From Zygnema circumcarinatum SAG 698-1b (Eukaryota; Plantae; Zygnematophyceae): DNA of 64,000 nt. Below, piece by piece: positions 47,112-56,764 of the stretch. Made by a program: the position numbers and the translations under genes. The stretch is from NCBI GenBank assembly GCA_037447605.1, contig CM074811.1, forward strand, positions 1,364,001-1,428,000. Reading direction: 5' to 3'. Every line of letters starts with the position of its first letter. Position 1 is the stretch's first letter. The notes below the pieces were generated by a model. It worked only from the letters and a program-made list of their open reading frames with translations, ran no database searches and had not been told where the DNA came from.

Positions 47112-50100
47112 CTACCGCTCCCCTCTCTGGTGATCTTCGTGGTAAGGCCTGTCATAGGGTGCCCCCCCCTCCCTCCATTCATCATCCTCCCGATTCTCGC
47201 CCATTTCCCCTTTCAACCTCCCTCGATTCCGCCGTGGAGAGTGGGACTGCTTGCCCAAGCTCCTCCCCCCGCCACTCCCATCCATCTCCGCGTCCTCTGC
47301 CCTCCCCCCTGAACTCTGACTGAAGGAAGCGAGGCTGTCCTGATGGTGGGACGCCTTTGTAGCCTCTTCCCTTTCCCTGGCTCCGGCTGCATCCCCTATA
47401 GGGCGGAAGCCCTCCTCTTGCGGAGGGCGGCTTAAAACGGGAGACTGGGAGGGAGGCTGGGAGGAGCCCTCAGCAACGCGAGGGACGTACTCGCTGAAGG
47501 CGGTCATTTTGTAAGAGTGAGGAGGAGACTTCCTCACACTCTGTAGGTTGTAACATGAGTCTTGCGCTGCTTGTGGAGGAGGGGAATGGCGAGGACTGCA
47601 CATCTCCCCCCAAACGAACAGAAGGATGAAAGGAGAAGTCGATGAGAGTGATGCTTTCGGGAGTGCAGCTGGAAACTGCAGTAGGCAAGTAAGGAAATGG
47701 TAATCATGCACATTAAGGAGAGCAATGGAAAGTGATATTTACCCGAAAAAGTCATGAGGATATGGGGGGCGGTGCTGCGTAGACGCCGCAGCATCATACA
47801 TGGCAGGATGCTGCTGAGCAGCTGCAGCTGCTGCGGCGTATTCTGGAGGAACCCATATTCCTCCGAGAACAAGAAGCTGTGGAGGAGAGGGAGTAGGTTG
47901 ATTTGGAGGCGAAGGGCTCGGCCGCCGTGTATGGAGCCGATACTTCTGAAGAGCAAGGACAGACCAAGAGTGGCAGACACTCTTAAGAACAAGTTTCGTA
48001 GCAAGTTCACTTCAGAGTTCAACACATCATCGGAATTCAGCATCCTTGTCGTCCGGCAAAGGATTTCACAACTCACCCAAACAACTCACGAAATGCACAT
48101 ACATTATGTATCTCCATATGAATCGGATACTAAGGAGTATGCAAGGAAATGTCGACTAGTCTCAGAGAGTAGAAGATGTGTTTTCTTATGCCAGAAACAG
48201 ACAGGCGACAAACACTAGACAATATTATTCAAAGCCTTGTATGATTTCAAATGGCAGTACACCTTAGATATTTAAGGGTGCCCCCCACCTCATATTCCTC
48301 GAAGAATTGGCTAGGTTATAGCATGCCTAAAAAAGAAAGCATTATAATGTGTAGGAGTGAAGTGCATCTGCGGCTGATTGGCGCGCATTCCATGCACAAC
48401 CATCCTATAGTTATCTGCATTTACATGATAAATCCTTCAATGCCTTAGTTGCCTTGTTGCAAGATTCACGAGGTACCTGCAAGTGACTCTTTACTTCATC
48501 GTTCGTCAAACCATCCACTTTCATCAGTTCACGAATCTGCTTCGGAGTAGCGACTGCAGTTCCCCAAATTCCTCCCCCAGCCATCATTGCAAGTAGACAA
48601 GGTCAGAACTTGCATTCAACTCCTGACGTATAGCACCCCATCACCAATTTCGTACCTATCTCCAGCTCAGCAGCAGCCTAAAGCAGCCACTCTCCTATCC
48701 CCATTATACCATTGCTGGTTTCGCCTGCATACCTTGGGATCCTCCCAGTTGGTTCAGAGCACTAACAAATCGGCGGTGCAACTCTGGAGACCAACAGCGC
48801 CGAGTTTTCCGCCGAGCCCCCCCTCCTCCATCCCCTCCTCCTCCTCCTCCTCCTCCTCCTCCTCCTCCTCCTCCTCCTCCTCCTCCTCCTGCCCTCCCTC
48901 CCTGTCCTGTTCCCTGGGAAGAAGGCCCCTCAGACTCCTGACTCCTCGCTGCTTGAGCTGGGGGATACCCACCTTCCAAGCTTCGGCCACGAGGTTCGGG
49001 AGAGCTGCGGCGATCAGTGGAATGCAGAGTCATGGGGGGCTCTCCTGTTGAAAGAGCAAGCTCGGTTGCAGGGGCATTACTGTCGTTGAATCTGAGAGGG
49101 CTGGGAGGAGCTGCTGGAGGATAACGGTCAGCTTTCGAGAAGGGCATGAAGGCTCCGGCCGTGCGGTGAGTTGCAGGAAACATGGGGGAAGCATAGAGCT
49201 TCTGCTGTTGAGGATCGGGCTCATTTGAAGGACTTGCAAACTGTCGGTATTGGAAAGGTTCAGGTTGTTCTCCCTGTTGCAAGAGGCCATTCGGTAAAGC
49301 GGAGTAAATGCAATGCAAGGAAGCAATGGTTCTCCATCTGCGCATGCTGTGTAGTCGAGTGATAGCAGCAACCCCCTTTCATGTTCAGCGATTCCTTGAT
49401 TCAGGCTGTCCCCTTCAGTGCGTTTTCTCACTGCTACCGGGCAGTCAAACTGCCATGGTGGGAAACAATGATCTCCCACACATAATCATGGTCAGTGCGT
49501 TCATGTATGCATACTGTGAGCCTTATCACTTGTGAAAGAGTTGACAGCAGTCAGCTCGCTGCCATCCTTAGTAACATGCAATCTGCGTGACTACATTCAA
49601 CCTCCTCTGCTACAACAGTGGCCGATCCTATATGATTTTGGTGGATTGAGATGAACCAGCCATTCATATTGGACGTTTATTGTCCATAATGTCAAAATTA
49701 AAGCGAATCAACTCAGTCAGTTTGTGGTATCGCCAGCACTGGTTTATAATCCAAATAGTGGGCATTGGGGGAGTTGAGTTGTCACTTAAGAAGTGTTCCA
49801 ACCGTGTCAGAGGTATAGAAAGGTAGATGCTGACATAGAATTGCACGATCTTCATGATACAAATCAGGAATTACGCCCATACATGTTCGAAATATGCTTT
49901 TTATATATGACTATGTACCTGACATGGTACAAAACAAATTTTCCTTTCTAAAACTGCAACTCGTGCAGTCAAGTTTCCTTAAAAAACAGAAAACTCGTCT
50001 GTAAATGTAAGTTGCTATCGTTTTACGGTCAAGCCCAGCTAAGAAATGATGACCTCGACTGCTTGAGAACTATTTGTCGCAGAAGCAGTCAAGCAGTTAA

Positions 50101-52057
50101 AAAGTATTCGTCCATCCATGAAAGATGAACTGCAGCGTGAAGTCGAACTCCATGACTAAGGACAGCTTACGCATTCTGTTAAACAGTTCACAACTCTTAA
50201 GGATCATTGAACTGCTACTTCCAAAGTGGACCATGCCAACAAATATATTAAGGTTGTAATAACCGAGAAATCCAGTAAAAGAGCGTGCCTCTATTGCCAG
50301 CCGCGACTTAAAGCTTACTCTCGCAGTTAGCAACACGGATCCACTGCGGACACGTCAGCACATTGAAATCTATACATGCTGTCAAGCTGCTCTCACAAAA
50401 AGAGTGACCCTAGCCATTTGACTGTGGCATGATATGTCAAGGCTTAAGTTGAAAAGCTCCTCATACATCTGCACCTACTGTGGTGAACCTCCCTATCCTC
50501 TCTGAGTTCAACTCTATCACGTGACATGTTCTCCGTATGAGCAGTAAGTAACTTGCGCGATTGAAACTGCTAACATGCGTGTGCCCTACGTTCACAAACA
50601 TAGTGCCACTACAGAGCACATCAATCGCCCATAGGTGTGATTGATGGAATATAGCTGGCTCAGTTTTGCAGGAACAGCACTCATAACTGTGTACGATCGT
50701 ATCCAGCTACTTGAACGTTTTCCTTTGCCATAAGCTTGTCGTTTCGCAGATGAAACGACTTTGAGCAGGTCAATCTCCGGTGACTGGATGAAGACTCCAA
50801 AGGAAGCAAATACAGAAATGAGCAATCAGGGCAATACTGGGTGCTTGGAGTTTTCCTGATGAACGTACCATCCTTGAGTGGGTGGATGGAACGTAACTCC
50901 AAAGCGGCGTAGGAGCCGGCCACGTTGGTCGCATGGCTTGCCCTTCACTCTGGCTTTGCTTTTGCAATGGTAGAAGTTCCGTTTCTTCCTTAACCTTCTC
51001 CCAAGGCACCTGCATGGAGCCGTACTCCTTCGCATCCGGTAACCCCCTGCTGCCTCCGTCGTCATCTGTCGTTTCTTGTTCCTCCTGCTTCGCACTATCA
51101 GAGACCTGTTCAGTCGCTGCTGCTGACGGAGAAGTACATGCTTCCGGCAATGGACTCTGCCGAAGGATCTCATCGTTGGCATCTTGAATAGCTGAAAAGC
51201 ACCCGAGAATTTGGTTAGCGACAACTCGTTACATTCACCCTACCAAACTAGCAATGAACGATCAGTCATGGAATACAAAAACTCGATCAGTACTTGTAAG
51301 GTCGCTTCATGCCAATTGCTTGCATTATTTAGAATGCATACTTGATGCAACCACCCTATTCTAGCAGTCAATGAAGCTAACTTTGAAAGTTGCAACATTC
51401 ACCCAACCGCTCTTTACCACATATTTTAAACCACCGGTGAAGTGCCACAATGGCCTAGTACTATTGCTGTCTGGAATAACTTACTGCCTCGTTCGGGTCC
51501 TGCACTCCTTTGAAAAACATCAAGCCTTTCCTCTATTGCCTGCTTTTAGATATGCGGTGAAAAGGCTGCCATCAAGTTGCGCTATACTCCTTCAATCAAG
51601 GAGTACAGAATGTATGATAAATGCATTGTTTCGCTAAGACTCCCACAAGTGTCGATCGGACCTTTTAAACCAACTGTGTTAAGTCACGTCAGTATATCTC
51701 AAATGTATACAATTTCTTATTCGATCTGCCCTGCTAGAACGTCTCAACTCCACACCATAAGTAGTTGCAAGTAAATGCAGGATATTCCATTGAGGCATTA
51801 GGATTTCAGGCAGCAACAAGACCACTAGCCCTTCCCTGTTTTCCAATATGGCTCCAATATCGGACTCTAACTCAAATGTGAAAAAATCTCAAGCTCTCCC
51901 TTGCCCAAGACCTCACTTTTCAGGTTCTGATGCATTGTTGCAGGAAGCGCATACCATTGTCGAGTAGCTGCATGCATAGTGGGAGCTCCCGTTTGAATGC
52001 CTCAACTTTCCGGCGCTCCTCCTCCAAAGCTGCCAATCGTTCCTTCAGTCTCTGCAT
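47112..52057 (-). CDS. HHO: GARP/G2-like MYB transcription factor of the NIGT1/HRS1/HHO family
   Basis: N-terminal [24 protein letters not shown]; GAFMPF; [60 protein letters not shown]; [13 protein letters not shown]. About six exons; the start codon (52057) is uncertain. Confidence 0.92.
48834..48890 (-). repeat. (CCT)~19 / (GGA)n coding microsatellite encoding poly-Gly
   Basis: Pure cct run in the HHO exon directly before the MYB-like domain. Confidence 0.95.
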
Positions 52058-52836
52058 GCGATCCGCCAGGGAAGCTGGCCCTCCCTGCTATCCTATGGGA
52101 GGGAAAAAAGCCCTTCCTCCTCGTCTTCTCGAACTCTCTTATTTCCCTTTTTTCTGAAGGAACCAGTGCGGTTTCTAGCCATTGTACATGGAAAACAGAA
52201 AGCTGAAGGGATCAGCAACACAGGTCTATCGGATCAATACCCGAACTCATAGAGACGAACTGATGTTTGAATAATGTATGTGCTCTTTCTTCTCTATTCA
52301 ATGTATGGCTGCCAAGGGCTAGCATGCGCATATGTTGGATTATTTGTTCAAGGTTCAGACTCTGCCGCAATCTTTCAATGTTCGTTCCAAACATAACCAT
52401 TGGCTGAATAAAAGTTCAGTTCCAGATATTGCAGCTCCGCACGGAGCCACGTTCCTTTTCTCTTGCAGTGTTCCCTTGCCGCTAACCACTTGCAGCCTTA
52501 ACAAGAGCCCGTTTTCCCGTGTGCTCTCTTTATAGATTTTCGCAATGGCATGGCAGGCATGTCTGGCAGTGGACTCCCTTCCCCTCCCCCTCCCCCAACC
52601 CCTCTCCTTTCCCGTCCCCCCTCTTCCCCGCTCCTCCCCACCCCTCCCCTCCCCTCCTTTCCCTCCCCTCCCTTCCCTCCCCTCCCCTCCTTTCTCTCCA
52701 CGCCCCGCTCCTGTTTCCTCCTGCCTCTCGCCCTCCCGCCCCTCTCCCTCCCACTCGCCCTCCCGCCTCCCTCCCTGCGGCCTTCCCGCCTGCAACAGCT
52801 CTGTTCGCGAAAACTCGTTCATACAGCGGCGAGGCT

Positions 52837-52970
52837 TTTTATAGGTGCTTGCCGGATCTCCGTCTGTTCCCTGATTGGGCCACGTGGCCACTGGGAATCT
52901 TCCTTGTCGGCGGCGGCGGCCAAAGTATATTCTGGGCGGTACGGCACGAGGCATCCTGCTGCCACGTGGC
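52837..52970 (-). promoter_or_regulatory. Core promoter of the HHO gene: TATA box, two G-boxes, GAATCT and P1BS
   Basis: TATAAAA on the minus strand at 52837-52843; GCCACGTGGC at 52879 and 52961; GAATCT at 52895-52900; GTATATTC (GNATATNC) at 52925-52932. Confidence 0.65.
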
Positions 52971-53199
52971 GTTGCGTGGCGGCGAGCCGGGCGGGCGGCA
53001 GGGCATCGCCGAAGATTCGGCCGAGAGCGGTGCGCTCCTGGCGGCCTGCCAGGATGGATGCTCGCCGTACAGGCGTACGGCCTGCACGGACTTGGCCAAG
53101 GACGGACTCGTGGTTTCTGCTGTCTAGGGCGGCAAGTTGGGTAACAACTAGTGATCCGTATGTATCAAACGCGTGTATTTCCCCTTCTTGAAATGAATC

Positions 53200-53839
53200 G
53201 CATTGAACTCACGATGGCGAGGCCATCAAAAGTACATGAACAAAAGCAGCATGTGGAACCACGAGGGACTGGTCGCAAAGGACCTAGGCAGGCGTGCCAT
53301 TGAAGGTGCTTGGGGGGGGAGGGGGGGGTGTATCATACACTGTATAATACATGCGTAATATACAACATTTTAAAAATACAATGTACTTTTAATGTATTTA
53401 ACGTCTTTTCTTCGTTTTCTTGCTAGTTAGACAGATATTGATTATAATGATTGAAGCTTCAAGCCGTAAGGAGCTCTAGGACACCTTATACAAGTCTCAA
53501 AATAGTTGTATTGAAAAATAGGTCCACAAGAGCAGTTTCAAGGGGGGCGGTGATGATGGGACATATGGTAATGCTGCTACCTACAGCGGTAAAGGCATCA
53601 TGAGCAGGATAAGAGAAGACGAGCAACAACAAAATGATGATGAAAACTCTTTATGCACACAACAAAAAACAGCCACGCCTTTCTTCTTCTTCTACTATTT
53701 ATAATAATTACACCCAACGGAGACAAGTGAATTGCGAGGAAAATGGCATTGAACTCACGGTGGAGAAGCCATCAAATGTACATGGACAAAAGCATGATGT
53801 GGAACCACGAAGGACGACTGGTCGCAAAGGACCTAAGCA
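53200..53839 (+). repeat. Pair of ~90-bp imperfect direct repeats (53200-53290 and 53746-53839)
   Basis: gcattgaactcacg...ccatcaaa(a/t)gtacatg(a/g)acaaaagc...atgtggaaccacga...gactggtcgcaaaggaccta(g/a)gca present twice, 546 bp apart. Confidence 0.9.
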
Positions 53840-54132
53840 CAAAAGAAAGAAGCTAGTGAATCGTTTGTCTCATTGATGATGCCATAATTATTGAGATCAA
53901 TCTGGTCAAGAATATCGTCACCAATGCCAGCACCACGACGCAAGCAAAATTTTGACTGCCTGCCCCCGGCGGCGCCGTGCTTGGCCCACTGGGGCGTGTC
54001 AGACTTCAAAAAATTCTCGTACTTCGAAAAAATCGATATTCGTAACATTTTTGTTTAGTCTGGGTCGACCTGAAGCTGCCACGTGGCGCGCAGGCTGTCC
54101 GGGAGGCTTCTGTACAGCACTGGCCATGCAGC

Positions 54133-54656
54133 GTCGGACCATTGGGTCGCCAACCGTTGGCCAAACATTGGACGGCAATGGTTGGTTCAACCATTGAATG
54201 GAACCATTGGCATCCAATGGTTTCGACCATTGGCAGTGATTGAGTCGGTCCGATGCCAATGATTGGCAAACACTACAATGGTTGGGAACCATTGGACACA
54301 ACCAATGATGAGTCTAATGTTTGGCAAATGCAACCATTACCAAGAAAGTGTACAGACTTGTACGCCGGCTGACTGATTCAAACTCATGTCTTGTGCGATA
54401 TTCAATGGGAGCGACGTGCTTAAACCACTAGTCGCAACTTACAAAGATGTAGATACCATTTGAAAAACCTACATCAAATCATAAAACTCCCCAACCAATG
54501 GTTCGAACCATTGCTAATGGTTGGCAACCATTAAATCCAACGGTTCCAACCATCAACATCCAACGGTTGCCGCCAGTCACGGGCAATTGTTGGTTGGGCC
54601 GCGACTCGCGAGTCAACGGCTCGCAACCATCCCAACGGTTGATCCAACGGTCCGAC
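54133..54656. mobile_element. Foldback/MITE-like non-autonomous element, copy 2
   Basis: Imperfect TIRs: GTCGGACCATTGGGTCGCCAACCGTTGG (54133-54160) vs reverse complement GTCGGACCGTTGGATCAACCGTTGG (54632-54656). Two palindromic module arrays flank a spacer homologous to that of copy 1. Confidence 0.6.
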
Positions 54657-55720
54657 CTGTGCACCCTCCGCCGCCAAGTGTCAGCCCGCCCCTCCGCCAC
54701 CGCGACCGTACGGCGGCGGGGAGCAGTCGCCGGACTGAACGTTGCGGCGGGCGGGCCCAGACGGCGCCACGCGCCCCCGCCGGCGGGGCAAGCGGGCCGT
54801 ACCGCCGCGGGGGGAGGGGACGGGCGCCGCGTGGCGGGGGGGCCGGGGCCCATCAATGCGGCGGGCGGCGGGGGACGCCTCGGGGACCGGCGGGTCCTTG
54901 TCCTTGTCCTTGTTCTTTTGGCCGGGGGGGAAAGGGAGGGGGAGAGGGAGGGAGGGACGCCGCGTGGGCGGCACACGCGCACGGCGACAAAACGACAATC
55001 TTTCGATTTTGGAAGGCGCGCCCGCGCTACTGTTCGCGGGAGCGGGCGCTGCGCGTCCTTGAGGCAGTTAGCGTTGGGGGGGACTGGAACTGCGGATAGA
55101 ACGGAGCAGCGACTCATGGAGCAATGCATTTTGCCAAATCGGACCAACTGTCCGGTGAAATTTTTGGGAGGAGTAAACCAGTACTCTTCATTCGGCAGAT
55201 CCACTTATAACTCGGAAAATATGTATTAGTTTTGAAGTACATTACGGTTTTCCTCCTTCCCCATTTTTCTGTTCAAGATTAGCCCGCCCCCCAGACAGAA
55301 CAAATGATTCAGGCAGCAAAAGGTGGCCCCGCCCCCTTTTTTTTTTTCTGGACTGCTCAATCGTGTAACTACTTGCAAGCATGCAGGCAGGGGGGGAGCT
55401 CAACCGACGGCCGAGAGTCCCCCAAGATTCCCGGATTGCGACCTCTCCGCGCATGCCCAGCGTCCGATTGGCCATCCGGATCGCCGTACGCCGGTAACCG
55501 CCCGCGTCACCGAACTGCAAAATGTCCTCTCCCTTGAATAATACCGCAATAAAAAACGCCAGTTGGGCGCCACTGTACGGAGCAAGTTACAGTACGTCAT
55601 TCCCCGTCGTTTTAAAAAAGACAAATCCTGAACATTTTGCCATTTTGCGCCTTGCCCGCCCCAGCCGCACGCGCCACCTCACCAAATCCGCCACGGATTC
55701 CGGCCCCGTCGAGGCCGGCC

Positions 55721-56070
55721 CCCCTGCCCGGGCCCTAATCTTCCGGAGGCTGCCCGCTTGCCGCCCCCCTGCCCGGGCCCTAATCTACCGGCGACTGCCC
55801 GCTCGCCACTCTCCTGACCGGGCCCTAATTTACCGGCGGCTGCCCGCTTGTCGGCCCCCTGCCCGGGCCCTAATTTACTGGCAGCTGCCCGCTCGCCACC
55901 CCCCCTGACCGGCCCTTGTTACCGGCGGCTGCCCGCTTGTCGCCCCCCTGCCCGGGCCCTAATTTACTGGCGGCTGCCCGCTCGCCACCCCCCCTGACCG
56001 GGCCCTTGTTACCGGCGGCTGCCCGCTCGCCGCCCCCCTGCCCGGGAACTAATTTTCCGGCGGCTGCCCG
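55721..56070 (+). repeat. GC-rich 45-bp minisatellite, ~8 copies with alternating A/B subtypes
   Basis: Unit ~CCCTG(C/A)CCGGGCCCTAATTTACCGGCGGCTGCCCGCT(C/T)G(C/T)C...; the 15-aa periodicity PARALIYRRLPACRP is visible in the ORF track. Confidence 0.95.
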
Positions 56071-56318
56071 GAGCCGCTTGGACCGCTCATCAATGCCAGC
56101 CGCCGCCCTCACTTCGCCTCGCCCGCCCGGCCGCCACCGCGCCACGTGGCCCCCAATCTGCTCAATTTCCCCGCGCGCTGATTGGCCCCGCTGCGCGGCA
56201 GACCAATCAGTCCCGCCCACCCGCCCGCCCGCTCGCCCTCGCGATCTCCGTACCGCGAGGCCCACCTCGCGCGGAGGCCGCCACGCCGTGCGGCATCTCC
56301 GTACGGCCCCGGCCGCTG

Positions 56319-56443
56319 CAGGCGCTTCGGTATATCGACATATTGCGATATGGTTGCTGCAGGCAGGCAGACAGGCTTGCGGGCGTGCAGCTCCAGGCGC
56401 TGCGGTATATCGAGATATTGCGATACGGCTGCTGCAGGCAGGC
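56319..56443 (+). repeat. Two 50-bp direct repeats (56319-56368, 56394-56443)
   Basis: caggcgct(t/g)cggtatatcga(c/g)atattgcgata(t/c)gg(t/c)tgctgcaggcaggc; 46/50 identical by manual alignment. Confidence 0.92.
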
Positions 56444-56764
56444 CTGCAGGCGGGACCATTCTGGACGGGACGGTTCGGGGCGGGTCGGGACGGGTCGGCT
56501 GTCAGGACTTGGGGAGGAAGGGGTCTGGGTGGAGGGCGAGGCGGGAGGGAGGGAGCGGGAGAGAAGGTTTCTTGGAAGGGCAAGGAGGGAGGGAGGGAGG
56601 GAGGGAGGAGAGGTTGTAGGAGAGTGAGAGGGGCGGTGGATGTGGAAGGGGGGAAAGGGTGCGAGAGCGGATTTGAATGGTGAGCGGAGAAGCGGAAGGG
56701 CGAAGATACAAGCGGTTTTGAAGGTGGTTCAGGGCTGAATTGAAGGTGACGATCTGCGCCAGCA

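Noticed and set aside
54271-54278. CACTACAA, resembling a CACTA transposon terminus
   Set aside because: It is internal to the palindromic array, with no matching inverted end and no 3-bp TSD.
54133-54335. Possible CRISPR-like array
   Set aside because: The context is eukaryotic, the modules are ~10-bp degenerate units without unique 25-45-bp spacers, and there are no cas genes.
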